A stretch of 63,989 nt of DNA, filler included, from Choristocarpus tenellus KU-1152 (lineage: Eukaryota > Protista > Phaeophyceae): NCBI GenBank assembly GCA_964200185.2. It is 13 parts of 13 records of this genome, joined end to end, with 100 filler letters (N's around TTAATTAATTAA, not from the genome) between each part and the next. Parts side by side here need not be neighbours in the genome. Positions count along the whole stretch, not along the records: positions 11,461 to 17,025 come from CAXNAD020010406.1; positions 17,126 to 30,693 come from CAXNAD020001448.1; 11 more parts are not named here. One strand, 5' to 3'. A model generated the notes under the pieces. The model saw nothing but the letters and a program-made list of their open reading frames with translations. It ran no database searches and was not told where the DNA came from. The position numbers were made by a program, and so were the translations under genes. This document shows, in pieces, positions 14,496 to 28,228 of this stretch (position 1 is its first letter; the number at the start of each line of letters is the position of its first letter).

Positions 14496-15976
14496 ATGGG
14501 ATTCCTGAAAAAGCTAGGGGAGGGCATGGTAGGAAAGCCGTCAGTAGGGAAGACAGTACTGGTGGTTGGACTGGATAACAGTGGGAAGTCGACGCTTGTA
14601 AATAACCTGAAGCCAATTAGTCAGGTACGTCCGTGTGATAGGAGGAACGCTGTTCACTGGACCAAGAACGAAATTGCCACCTGCCAACTATGTAGCGAAA
14701 GGGGTGGTATAGGTACAAGATACGACCATTCGAAGAAAAGGGAACACTGGGTCAGCATCAGATGAAACAGCATCCATCTTAAAAGGGCAGCAGGGGGTGG
14801 TATAAGATCCATGCACAACCATATTACCAACTTACCGTGTACGCCGTCAATCAAATGTCTCCTGTCAAGCAGGGAAGGACGTTGGAGGCGACTCCGACTG
14901 TTGGTCTCGAGGTCGAGCGTTTCACCAAGAGTCACATTAATTTCACAATGATGGACATGTCTGGGTCGTCAAAGTATCGAGCACTGTGGGAGCAATACCT
15001 TAGGTGGGTCGAAAAGGCTGTTGCCCCTTCATCAACAGCATAACTATGCAGGTTTAGCAACAAGAAATACAAATTGTGCATACCTCCATGTGTTGTATGT
15101 GAAAAAGCAATTAAGCAAGCGAGCTATTGTTAACTTGAAGCGCACAAAAGGTGCATATGCTTGGTCCGCTTGATGTGCACTGCTGCTGAGGCAAGATTTC
15201 TCCTCTTCATCTAAGATGCAGGAAACTCAAACTCGCTCTCTCTTTCTGAGAAGAAGGTTGGGGCTGAGAGTGTAAACAAAAAATATACCACTAGTCGTAT
15301 ATATAGCCTAACATTAGATTCATTTGCCCCGGTTAGGTTTTGGAGGCGCATACATGCCTCATCTTGCGGTCAAATGGCTGCATCAACAATAGCGCAAACA
15401 GAGCCAGCCCCAATACAAGTAGTAGTGACCATCACCCAAGGAGGTACATTTTATTCCTGTTCTATTGCAGTCGGCTCTTTGGTCGAATTCTTAGGTACTG
15501 CTCCTGACAGTGCACATGCTTGCCAGAATCCTCAAAATGCAACTCAGGGTACCTCTTGTTTACTTTTGACCCTGAGCTTAATAGAGTCCACATTGTCCCT
15601 CTGTGCTGGAAATATGAACAGTAGCTTTCTGCCTTTGTCTTGGCATGTCACCAGTGTTTGTGGCAACAAACTTTTGCAAAACTGTTGACATACAGAACGA
15701 ACAAGTAGATATTGCTGTCCATTGTTTTTCTGACGGTCAAGTTGTGAGAGGGACACCCTTGCCTCCAAACACACATGTAGCAAGGCCTGGTGCAAGTTGC
15801 AAGTCTAAGAGGTTACCCTTCTCCCCCCCTACCTGTACATATATATACTTGTATATACATGCTCGCATTGCGTTGGCAGTGATGTACAGGCAATCATTTT
15901 CGTCATTGACAGCACAGATCGCATAAGGATGTGTGTAGCAAAACAAGAGTTGGATGGGTTGCTTGGACAGAAGGAG
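14496..15976 (+). CDS. ARL6: ARF-like GTPase ARL6/BBS3, first three exons (3' end not on this contig)
   Basis: Exons 14496-14624 (MGFLKKL...VGLDNSGKSTL), 14873-15003 (PTVGL...FTMMDMSGSSKYRALWEQY) and 15880-15976 (DVQAIIFVIDSTDRIRMCVAKQEL). Phases are consistent. GLDNSGKS, DMSG and D-x-x-R-M-x-V-A-K-x-E-L are ARL6 signatures. Confidence 0.9.
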
Positions 15977-16633
15977 GTAAGTGAAATGTCGGATAGTTGC
16001 GACTTTGTCCCTCTCATTCGCAGAGTTCATTGATGAAAATGATCAAAACAATACATAGGCTAGACATTGACGCAATGAGCTTCTACTAATGGGTGTACCG
16101 TATGCATTTGAGAGTTCAACAAAGAAGGTGGGTCCTCCTGTCACGAGTAGCATCTAGGGTGAAAGGTCAGAGGAGGGCATTTGCGATGTCCTACTTAGGG
16201 TCCTTCCTCTCTTCTTACACACAATGCATTCGGAAACTATGCATACCACATACAAATTTCTCCTACACAGAGGTGCTTCCCGCGACAAGGCCTCATAAGT
16301 ACAGTACAGTTGTACTTTCTTCTTTCTGCACCCCTCATCAATCCCACTCAGTTTACTGCACTCTGTGATAGTTGCACCAAATGCGTGCGTGTGTGCGTGT
16401 GTGTTTCTTCTTGTTCAAATCGAACCTTCAAACTGCGTTGTTGTAGACAGACACCGTAACATGAGGAACCAGATGCCTTGCATCTCTGTTGTGTTTTGGG
16501 TACATCTGAAGCACACTACACTAGAGTGTGTATGTGTTTTTTTTGTATCCTACACTTTGAAGAATGTTTATGTCCGCAATTGCTCACGCCTTGATGCGTA
16601 TGTATATATCATGCTCTGATGTGCTTAGATTCA

Positions 16634-16893
16634 GAGTGAAAGTATCTTAGAGGGTACGAGTTTTGCCCTGTTTGTCCATTTGGGGCTTGGCTTCCCATGG
16701 ATTTCTTAGATGACATTTTCCTACTCCAAAATGTTTCGGAGTAGTTAAAACGTATACGTTATGAAAAGGTGTGTCCAGAACAAGGATATTGACAGTCCCT
16801 AACAAAAAAGATAGCCAAAATTACATCAAAATTGCAACATTGCATTTTGGCCCCCAAATGGATTCGGCCCTACCCTCTAAGATACTTTGGCTC
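16634..16893 (+). mobile_element. MITE family A, copy 1 (in the intron downstream of ARL6 exon 3)
   Basis: About 23-bp TIRs GAGTGAAAGTATCTTAGAGGGTA ... TACCCTCTAAGATACTTTGGCTC. The non-coding interior is shared with five other copies. Confidence 0.9.
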
Positions 16894-16916
16894 TAACATA
16901 TATCTACTAAAGTGGT

Positions 16917-16950
16917 GGCTCAAAGTACCTGGGGGGGGGGGGGGGGGATC
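16917..16950 (+). mobile_element. MITE family B end fragment
   Basis: GGCTCAAAGTACCT followed by poly-G. Confidence 0.45.
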
Positions 16951-19900
16951 CACAAAAGAGAAGGAAAGAACACACGCATACACCCACCCCCCCTCCCAAC
17001 CACCCTTCCCGCCTTTCTCTCCAAANNNNNNNNNNNNNNNNNNNNNNNNNNNNNNNNNNNNNNNNNNNNTTAATTAATTAANNNNNNNNNNNNNNNNNNN
17101 NNNNNNNNNNNNNNNNNNNNNNNNNCTACACGATAATAACAGCCATTAAAACCAAAAATATGCACAAAGTACAAGCTTTTCATGTATGTATAGAGTGAAA
17201 CATGTGTTCGTTCTTCTTTGTAGACTTGGTTGGTGAGTTTTTTGGTGGATGTGACCTATCAATCCCTTACTTGTACAAACCACATAACACTCAAATAAAT
17301 ATTTATAACTAGTATCTATCTGCAAAATGTCAGAGAGCATAATAATATAAATATTGTTTTCTCATTTATATAGAGTACTACACAGTATTATTCGTAGTGA
17401 TACATTAGTGACATTTTATTATTGCATGTTCACAATCTGTAGTCCTTGCTATGTGAACTTTGAATAATCAGAATCAGATTTTCATGGATAGAATATTGGC
17501 ATTAACGACTAACCCACATGGTGACGGAAAATAATATCAAAAATGCGGTTAGTTGCATGGTTGTGGCAAGGGTTCATTGGAGCCAGCAGGCCAAGAGAAA
17601 GGGAGCATGGTGGAGAGAGGAAGTGACCAAGTGGTGGAGTGGGTGAACCCATCATACGAGAAAATGGAGGCACGTACGGGGCCGTGTAATTAGTTGTAGT
17701 ATTGATGGAGACTTTATGATACTCATATATTAACTAATGTAATACTTGCAAGTAGTCGCAATATTTGCTTTGCGACAACGTAACATCTCCTCCATCAACT
17801 TCTCTCCCTCTAATACAAATTCTACTTCCCTAGTCACAACACAGAATACGATTCACACGTACCCTATGCAATAAACCACAATACTTGATGTAACTTATTG
17901 TACATTCAGTATGTCTAACCTTACTATTTCCACACCCCTCAGAGGTGTTCAGCATCTAGCCATGGAGTTGGATATGGAGGAGAAAATCGCGCAATTCCAA
18001 GTGAAAGGTGTGGTCAACTTTGACCCCAACACAACCTTGAGCAGGGAAAACCCTTCTACTTATAGCAATAGGTCGTGGCTATAGAATCATGAGGGGATCC
18101 CGATGATGAGGTGTGCAAGGCCGACAAAATGATGGTGGTGATGGTGGTGGGGATAGTGGAGGTGGTGAGGATGATGTCACGCATGATGGTGTAGGGCACT
18201 TCTTAGCAGGAATGAGTTTGTGTGGAATACGAGGGTAATACCTAGACACCCCTCTTTGTGGATGACTTCCACTTCATGGATGATCAGAATATCAGTAACA
18301 TGACAGTAAACTATCGACCACTCTTTATCAACAAGGACAGGATTTAGAGTTGACTTGGTCTCAAGAATATGCTTATCTCCTGTATGAAAGAAGATTGTGT
18401 TGGAGACTTTAGATATGAGGGGCAAATACAATTGTGTTCTGTGGAATGATTTATGAGCATCATGGACCAATGGGTTTTACATACTCCGGAGTATTATATT
18501 ATTGGAATTATCCTATAGAAAGATAGGTTTACGAAGGACATGCATAAAATGAAGTTGTGCACACTGGACTAGCGACAAATTGCTAATGAGTTGAAGGTTC
18601 CAATAAGATAGTAGTGAGTACCGGTTGGCAAGGGTACCTCTCTTTGGCGGATGAGCTTACTCCTTCTCTTCCTTCCCTCCATCCTACCACTGAAAGAATC
18701 GATACGAAGTACAACACGTAAGAGATTATGCGAAACAAGAGATTACTTAACACTTCACCAAGCACTAAGGACCCTGAGATGCGCTTGAAATCCGTGGATA
18801 ATATGCCTTCAAGCAATATGTTGTTGGGCTCTTTACTCCGGGCTATGTTGTCATCACCACACCTCTGAGCAGACGACAATGAAGACTTAGGAGAGAAAAT
18901 TGAAGAAACAGCGCAAAAAAAGGAACTCAACACCACCTGTGGCGGGTGGTCTTGATATAACCTGGGGGTGGAGAGAAGGGGTGATACAGATTGTGTCAAA
19001 CTAGAGAAGAACTTCGTATCACTTTAAATCTGGAAAGCCATGAAGAGGCACGGAAACTCAAGGACAAAGGAGTCGTGCCCAGCCAGCCAAAATGGTTCAT
19101 AGTGCCACTACTACTACTTTAACTGAGAGTGAAGATGGTATGTTGTCCACCTGTTGGAGAGTACTATTCCCTGGTCGTTTCTGGCACATCCATAATGTAT
19201 GCATGTGTATCATTCATTTTCTTTTCATACTTTATACGTATCTGCAGGCAGACTCATCGAGTGAAGGATTTATGTGTGCTAATGCATCATACTTGAACAC
19301 ATTTAATGTGCAGTAAATTGTAATAATAATACTGGGAGATGAGGACATTTATTTTTTATCTCTGCAAAGCTCTTCGAAATTCAACACATGGGATGAACAC
19401 ACTCATGACGCCATGCCAGATTGTGTCTTGTTTGGAAAAGCTCCTCACTAGCAACAAATCCCATCAGCAACGGAAGATGAGTTGGTGGTGTTGTAGAGGG
19501 CGAGGGGAGCTCATGAAGCTAATGTGACATTTTCGTGCTTAGGACGTACAGAATGAATGATGTGCGGCAGTGAAGGGTTCAGACGAAATTATGTGCCTGC
19601 GAGGGGGTTGATCTGGGGATAATCTGCTCTTCAACCACTCTTGACCCATCTTGCATAGCGTTGGTCGCGGCAAGGGAAGGTGGGTATATTCGGCTTCAAT
19701 ATCCTTTTGAGTTGGGATTATTATCTCTACGTGTTTATCCTCGACAGTTTGACATTTTTTTTTCTCATACACTATCTTCGCCATATTAGGAATACTACTA
19801 ATAATGATGTATCTACTGCAAAAGATATGTTAACACAACTTAACTGCTGCTGGCGGCAAGGGACCATCTTCTTTCTCCTATCACGCCTCCAATAACTCAT

Positions 19901-20202
19901 ACTGGTGCAATGGTAAGAATAGTTCGTAATGTTATTGAGGCTGGAATACTGGGGAAATGCGAGGTGAGAAGAGAAATGTTGGTAGATATCCGATGGAAAT
20001 TTGGGGTGATTAGGGGACCTTAAGGGAACCTGAGTTGGAAAATGTCACAAAAAACTAGGAAACGATTTTTTTTTTCTTTCTCATTTTGAATTGTGAAAAT
20101 GGGACAAAATTTTGGGTGTGATTTGATATTATTTGACATGATATTTGATATATTATTTGATACATCATTCAATAACCTTATAAAAATTATCTGAACACAT
20201 CT

Positions 20203-20460
20203 GACCCTAAGCATTTCAGAGGGTAGGGTCGTGTCCGTTCGGGATCATAAATCCAATGTTGCAATTTTGATGAATTTTGGCTATCTTGGTTGTTAGTAAG
20301 TGTCAATATCCTTGCTCCACACAGAACTTTCATGGTAATACACATTTTAGGTAACTGCGTTCACATAGAAAACCGAAAAAGGGTATAAAAAACCTATGGG
20401 AAGCCAAGCCCTAAACGAACAATCAAGGCAAAACTCATAACCTCATAAATGCTTTGGCTC
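20203..20460 (-). mobile_element. MITE family A, copy 2
   Basis: GACCCTAAGCATTTCAGAGGGTA ... TAACCTCATAAATGCTTTGGCTC, flanked by TCT on both sides (3-bp TSD). Confidence 0.88.
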
Positions 20461-21779
20461 TCTACGATGAGACAGTCACAGGGGCCCTTAAAATTCGCAA
20501 TACCCCCCTTAGATGGTATCACTCAGTAATACACACTTATTTACTTCTAATGCTTGCTGTGTCTTCACCTCCATTATTTCTTGAACAATACCTTCTTGGG
20601 GCCTGGTCTATTATTTTCTGGCAAGTGCGAAGGGTGATTCATCAATTGTTTCCAACGAGGGACACTAGTAAAACAAGTGTTATCCAGTTCATAGGCAACC
20701 CCAACTCACTACTGAGCCATCCTATATTAAAGAGAGGGTGCCATTGAGTATTTGAGGGTTCTCCTGGACACATTATTTTAGGATCGGTGATTTCATGCTT
20801 ATTATGTGAAAGAACGTTCGTCTCCTTTTCTACAGTCACAGTCTCCTAAGGGAGGTAGGGAGGTAGCTGCATTTCAGGCACGGGAAATGGGGGTGTCAGC
20901 GAGAAAAAAAAGGTCCTAAACAAACAGAAAGGGCTAACATAGACCCCTCTAAGATAGGACGACTCACTCATTAACATCCAGTGAAACACGACAAGGTAGT
21001 CTAGTGTACCATACCAGGTACGCCAAACATCACATCAATGTAGAAAAATGCTGTGGTAGCGTTGTTTTGCTTTTCTTTCAACCCTCTTAGACCTGAGCGT
21101 AGGTTGGCAACAATTGTTGGTTGAAGAGTGAAGAGGCACTTGACGTTGACCCATCCATCCCTCTACTCTCAGGGTGTTGAAAGGACTTCAGAAATTTTAG
21201 TAGTCTCCCGAGCTGAAACTCGCTCTCTCTGTTCATCACATACGCATATATATATATATATATACAGTATAATCGGTGATTGGGTATCTAAAGATATATT
21301 AATTGATTAGTTGATATTCAATAATACTAGGTACAATATCGTATGCACAATGATGATTTTGTGAGAGAGAAGCACCACACTGAGTTTTGAGGTCTATTGT
21401 CTACAACAAGGACTTCCTACACAACGATGTGTAGATCTCTAGTGAAAATAAATCGAAACAAGAAACAGGCATTATTCAATGAAGAATAGTGTTGTTCGGT
21501 GCATGCGTCTGGGTAACAAGCAAATAATGCCTGAACTTACTTGAACTGATGCATTAGTGTCCCAATACTACATGTACTTGTATATACTGTTTCACAGTGG
21601 GTGAAGGTAAAGTAGAGGTACCCAGGTTTGCATTTTGAGGATCATGACAAATGTGCAAAATTGAGCCTTTTGTACAAGTGTAGGACTTTTCTGAATTGTA
21701 TCGAAAATTATCAAATAATAGAGAAATAAACCTTTAGTCAATCTTTGCACTTCATCCCTAAATATATACAGGCAAATTG

Positions 21780-21850
21780 CTGAAGATGATCAGGAGAGGA
21801 GTCAAGGTGCAGTAATACTTGGACAACATTTTCATGCAGCAAGAAGAGTG
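21780..21850 (+). pseudogene. Possible decayed reverse-transcriptase remnant
   Basis: Reads RRGVKVQ*YLDNIFM, resembling the YLDD motif. The surrounding frames are full of stops. Confidence 0.25.
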
Positions 21851-22877
21851 ACCGTAACTACATCATGTGGTGTTCGGCATCTCTTGTGATCAGAGGTGGA
21901 GCGAGGTCAAGTGGGAGGCAGATACATAGACTGAAAACAGTAAAAGAGTCATTCTCCTCTCGAAATAATAATAGGTGCAAGAAGAGAAAAACACATCAAG
22001 GGGGAAAATAATAAGCTTTTCATAAGTCAAAGGAAGATATATAGAAACAATACCCAGCCATTGTCGACAGAGCAGGGTTTGGGTTGGAGATTGGGACAGG
22101 GCAGCAATGGGGAGGAGACACTGAATCATACCTGGAAGTAGTATTATGCATGGATGGGAGTCCTTATTCAGTGGTGTGGAGCAGTGCTTCCGTCATAACT
22201 CGGGTTTGACTATCTCTAGCTACAACCAGTTCATTACTTGTCACCAGGGTGACCATCACATGGAGAAGTTGTCAAACATACTCAATACTCTGGAGTAACA
22301 AGTCTCTATATATACCCACTCTCCCATTTGCCTTTAGCATAGGAACCATTTCATCCACAGAAACGTTCATCAGTTGAAGCATTTATCAGACTTAAGTCAG
22401 ACAGTGCAGGGCTGTGGAAATCACATGTGAGCCATTGCAACATCTTTATAAACCGACCTGGAAAGATTTGATCGCCTTGAAAAGCTGAATGTCTTACCAA
22501 AAGAGCGATTTCCCGAGCATTTGGTGCCATCAGAAAAAGGGAGAAAACCGTACTCCACAAGCAGTTCCAGCATCAACCGCAAACAGAAGGGAAGAAGTGA
22601 GGTTCGATGTTGCAGAAGGCAGCACTTCCCATGCTGCTCAAGTGATGGGGCCCAGTGCATGTTCTCCTATTACAACAACAGCACACTGCTTCCGATTTTG
22701 TGTTGCTGAGCCCCTTTCATCCGTCTTGGTCACAAGACACAGCTCAACCAATACGCCTCTGCCTCTCCATTAACTAATATATACCCGTTGAGATGTTGAA
22801 GAGTATCCATCAAGGTGCAAAATATTTTTTGGGCTGCATCTAATCACACCATGAATCACATCCTGCCTGAACCGTTT

Positions 22878-25800
22878 TCAAATATTAGTAGTGTCCATTC
22901 CTGCTGCCTTTCGGCGCTGTACATCCCCCACAAGAGTTTCCCATGGGGGGCACCCCTTGGATCTAGCTCCAATTCTGCCATTCTTCTTGATGACCAAGGA
23001 GAATCCATCCCCAACCACGTCTATCCCTTGTCCCAATGCAGTCTCCACCTGCGCTTCCCCACCCACCACCAAATACACACATACACATGAAGTAGTAGTC
23101 ATATAGGACCAGCAAGTGTAGGAGTCCGTGGAGCGGTGGAGGGGGAGATTGAAGGTACAAAACAAAGGAATAGGGTTGATGTTAGCCTTCAGATCCTGTG
23201 TACTATTGCAGCGTATGACAGAGGATAGGGGAGGGGAGGGGGGGGTAGGAGGGTGAGAAAAACGGTGGAACTCAATAATCATCTTCAAGTCACAAGCATT
23301 GCACTAGACATGTCCTGTATCACTCCCTGTTAAAGGGTGAGGATCAGAGTAATTAATTGATAGAATCCTATGGCGGTGGAAGATACCACAAATATGTAAT
23401 ATACCCTTACAGCGGAAGGTGGTATACAATTGTTGAAAAAAACTCAGGCTGTCCTATTCCCACCAACAGACTGCTAAATGAATGTATATGAGGGGAGATT
23501 ACTTATTTTCCTCCATATTGACTGGTCCGGACCCCATACATTCCCCCTCCATCCATTTTGTACCTTTACCATCTACCCTGCAACAGACCACAGAGGCTCA
23601 GCTCACTCCTTCACATTCCGGTGTCTAGTATGCACTCTATCCTGTGCTTGGTGGTACTTGGGGAGTCTCTTCTCTCTGTACACTCCAAGTTTTCACAGAA
23701 TTTTTGGAGTTGCTAAGCGAATATCACAATGTCCACATCTCTATACATGAGAATCTAGACATACTGATGGCGAAGTACCAGATTTTCCAAGACATCACAC
23801 TGCTAGAGAGAAGAGGTATGTAACAAAATCAGAAACAAGTCCCTCCTCAATTGCCCCTTCAGTACATGAGAGGAGGGGGTGTGAGAATATTCGACATTGA
23901 ACAAATAAGTGCGCAAGGTTTTAGCGAGTTTCGTTTGGACCTCACAAGGGTATAGAACACAAGGGTATAGAACACAAGGGTATAGAACAAATACACTCAT
24001 GACCGTGAATGGTCATTAAAAAAAGTTGAGGTTCACTATTTCATGAGTGGGGGATGGAGCAATAAATGGGGGGAGAGCCTACCTCTGCACAGAAAAAAAT
24101 CTCATTCTGTGACACGTTCCATCAACTGGATGCCAGGCATCAAACAACTGTGGACATTATTCAAAACAGCAACAGAATCTCTGATCCGTTCTTAAGCAAG
24201 TCAAATCACACCTTTGCTTGTTGGTCTGACTCCCCTTGACCTTTTTTCAGCCCTTTCTCTTGAGTTTGTCATTGTACTGGCCACACCAGCATTGTCTACT
24301 GATGAAATACATCAAAATTTTGATAAACGACAATGTCTACAACCCAGAAGATGTATGGGCGTACAGCAATGCTGAACACTTGGACAACGGACACATCATA
24401 GCAAGATTTTCAGAGCAATTACCAAGGCTCGGAAAAGAGTCAAGTATCGTCACTGCTATCAGACAGACCTGTCACTTGGGGACACATAGCCGATTGCAAC
24501 ATACCCGGTAGTTAACAGCACTGATTCCCACTCTGAAAAATAACCATCTTTTTCCTGTAAGTTGTTGTGTCAATTTTGCACAACTTCAAAAGAGCCAGTA
24601 TGAACTCTGGCAGCAAAATGATTGGCGATAGCCCAAAGAATGCATGAATACAGATAGTGTTTCTGACAGGATAAGGGAACCAAAAAGCGTTGTATAGATG
24701 CACTGCTCCTTGCAGTAACCAGTGTCACGTGATTCTTAGAGGCTACACAAGCAGCAGGACAGAGTGGGGGTGCACTTCAGGAACTTTCAGGCACACTGTG
24801 GTAACGGAGAATCATCAATACATTTTACTGATGGGGACGATTCATTCCAACGCACTTCCCCCCTCATGCAATGACTAGTCCAGAAGGCGTTTTGTTCAGC
24901 CCAAAAACGGGTGGCAAACTCTATCGATTGTTTGGTTTCTGTCCTTCAATCTACTCCTGCTGCCCTTTCTCACATACGCACAACATGGACTTAAAAATCA
25001 CACCCATTGCAGTAAGCACAAACACAGTGCTATTCAAGGGAAGAATTTTGCAGCAGGAAATGAACACACCCAATACAATCCCTGTCTGAACTCTGGGTGT
25101 ATCCATGCCCCCCTCTGTTTCACCAATGCAGACCATCTGACTTCCTGGCACGATAATGTTACTCATGATGGCATCACATCCTTGAGCCTCTACCCAGAAC
25201 AGTTGAAGCCTTCAGCCTCACACACTCCGTCACCAAAGTAGGCAACCCAATCAATCAAGCCCTGTTCCACCTCTCACCTCAGAGTTGATGTAATCCTGCC
25301 AGCGGTTGAGCGCCACAGGCAGCGCCACATGGGCTTGACCCACTGCTGATGCAATGTCATTTTCTCCTCCCGCTGCCCTCAACATTTCCCCGGTCTTAGC
25401 CCCCGTCACATTGCTCTCCACCAGGGGTGACTCTAACACCAACGGCACGATGACGATGTCACTCGTCTGCAAGGCACCAGCATATGGCAGTGCTGAGTCA
25501 AGGGAGGTCCTCACAGCCTCCAGACCCCCTGCCAGCACAGCAACCCGCTTGTCCCTCCCACGGTCACGCCGCAGGTCGGCTAGTGTCACCGTGGCAACAT
25601 CATCCTGGGTCTTTCGAATTGATTGTGCCACACAGCAAAAATCAAACAGCAGGGGGATTTGTAGGGGTGAGAGAGGGAAGGTGTGGGCTGGGGGACCAAA
25701 AGCAGGGGTCATCTGCGCACAAAATGATTTCGAAATATGAAACCAAATAAAGGTACACTATTGCGTGTGTCCTTGGGTCACTGCAACTCACTCCGCCGCC

Positions 25801-27931
25801 CTCCACATTCCCTCGATGCCCTGCTTATTATCTTCCTCCCCTATCTTCCCCTGAATGCATCGACTATCATGACTGTTTCTAAACAGAACCCTTCATCGTG
25901 GAGACCACATGCTCCTGAACAAAGTGTGCCAAGAAAATTTCTGATAGACAGTGGGGCAGTAACTGCTTTGTTACTTTTAGCCCTTTCGGCGTGAGGAAGT
26001 ATGTGCCACGGAGGTCAGCAGGTATAAGTATGCCAGTACACTTTGAGGGTGGAGGTATGCCAGCCACAGATGCATGGAAGTAAATGTTTGTGATCAAAAG
26101 GGCGAAAAAAAGGTGGCTGGGCATACCAGAGGATCAACGACACGAGTAAGCAAAAGGATGAAACCGCAGACATTTCAAAAAAAGGATGATGAATTGTGAG
26201 ACTATATGGGAGACAACAGTGTACGGACATAACAAATGTGCACACAAACATAAAGAAAGTACATTCATATAACGAAGAATGCATTGGTGGCACAAGGATA
26301 GCAATTTGATTGACAGTTTTGTGCAGTAATGGCCAGTGTTCCTTCACATGAGCTGATAAGTTCTGCATGTAGGGTGGTGGGTGGTCATCACCCTGGAAAA
26401 AAGGTCGCTGCTGACAGTTGTTTCTCCTTTTCCTATCCCTTGACTTCCCCCCATGCCCAATCCCTACTGTCTCCGTCCCTCCACCATTGACCGCAGGCAT
26501 CATATGCTTCCTAGATCACCTCACCTGTAGCCTGACCTTTAGCCCAGCCAGCTTGGCTCCAATCTCCATTCTCAAGAGGCGACTCTTCTGCGCATTAAGA
26601 TCATTCCGCACAAGGAATAAACACCCAAGAATCGCTGCAAGATCAACAGCGATGTTAGTTGATAGCCTGAGAAGGTGGGGTCAAGGAGGCGGATGTGGGC
26701 TCAACTTACGACTTCCCTGGGAGTGCAGAGTGTTGGGGGAAGAGATGGACCACATGCATCCTTGACTTTGTGTGAAACTAGCAATTACAACAGTTTCACA
26801 ACTTCAAGAAATCTAACATGCATTCTCAACTGGATCGTTCTGGGGGGGAGGTTGCTGACTCATGATTTCATACGTTCTGGGATCAGAGAAAGAAGATATG
26901 GGTTTAAGGTGAGGTTGGGAGTGTGATGAAGTAAAGTACAGGAGAGACAAGGGACCCACAGTGGAAGATACAAGTCAGTATCAGTAGGGTTTAATGGAAA
27001 ATTTCATAGGCAAGAGTTCACACAAGTGCAAAAGTGGCATGATTGGCACCAGGGTGGAAGTTCAAAAGTTTGGTGAGTGGAGAACACTTAGGTACGATTT
27101 CGTGAGGTAGGGTTTTACTGCAGGTGTGGGAAGGTTTATCACTCACTCTTCGTAGGACTGTCCTTGGTCTATCCCCTGTGTGAGGGCTATGAATCGTGTT
27201 ATTGCAATGAGGAGACCCAGCGAGGCAGACACAGCGAAGGAGGTGAAACCAAAGAGGCGAACCTGGAAGGAGGAAGGACAGTATCGAGAATATAGCGCAC
27301 AATACTTTTTATGGTGACTCGTGGTGTGCGATGGGTGTAATAGACAAGAACAGCACCAGTGTGTACTACTCAGCTGTAGATTTTAGTGCCAAAACAGCCA
27401 TAAACTTCTTTTTCTATAGGGTTTGGGTGCCAGGATAACCCAATACACGAAAGGGAGACTCATACGCACGAAATCATGAACAATCCAGCTCTCAGCATGC
27501 AATACTCCACCAACAGCTCTCAACAATGTCACGTACCTTGCGAAAAGGCGCCTCTGTTTCCTCTCTGCGCGAGCAACGACGGGGTTCAGGCGGTTCGTGG
27601 GCTAGGTCAGAACGAGAAATAGGAAAGTCTCTTCAATGAGGATCAATACGGCGATGGGTGTGTTTCCCAGGTAAAAGTGTATACTTCACCTCAGACGCAT
27701 AGTTTTTTTTTGCCTCTCTTCGCGATCAAATTGCATGCATAGGGCCCCGGAAACGCGTTGCTGTGCAAGGGATTTCACCCTTTTGCCCCAATGTGCTGAC
27801 GGGGAGATGGTCCTTGAACCTGTCCACTTCAATGTCCTCGTGCGTCCAGTTGCCACTGCGAATCCCGAGGTTTGCATCAGCTGGCTCATTACGACCACAA
27901 GGAAGCATAGTAGGGCAGCCAGAGGTGCCAT
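22878..27931 (-). CDS. LPA1: LPA1 (Low PSII Accumulation 1, DUF3493) PSII assembly factor, complete, 341 aa, 6 exons, plastid-targeted
   Basis: Exons 27931-27690, 27564-27537 (REETEAPFRK), 27262-27147 (VRLFGFTSFAVSASLGLLIA), 26666-26525 (NIAVDLAAILG...GAKLAGLKVRL), 25604-25278 and 23048-22878 (LVIKKNGRIGARSKGCPPW). All GT-AG; 1026 nt total in frame. Signal peptide ends TSG|FAV. Confidence 0.93.
23943..23989. repeat. 15-bp tandem repeat x3 (CACAAGGGTATAGAA) in LPA1 intron 5
   Basis: Seen directly in the sequence. Confidence 0.9.
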
Positions 27932-28228
27932 TGTAGGAGCCACCCACGCGTGCAGAGCCGTAACTCGTGATGCTGAAGAAGAGAGTGAACCAGGTCAGCA
28001 ATGAACAATTACTGAGTAAAAATTGAAAATTGAAACAAAAAACGCCAATCATGTATTTTGATATCAAGATATAGCAAATGAGGTAGTGGAACATTTGGTA
28101 CCTTTCTTGATGATCGGAGAGAGGGTAGAGCTTCCGCTGTAGGTGTTTCTAATACATGAATTGTTTCTCAAGGTACTGGGACGTGGTGTGCGAGCGAAGA
28201 CATCGATGGTAAAAGAGTTGGAGAAAAT

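Noticed and set aside
23943-23989. Short direct repeats (also 35234-35261, 46556-46599, 48555-48589, 61440-61530) as CRISPR-like arrays
   Set aside because: They are head-to-tail minisatellites without unique spacers, and no cas-like ORF is present.
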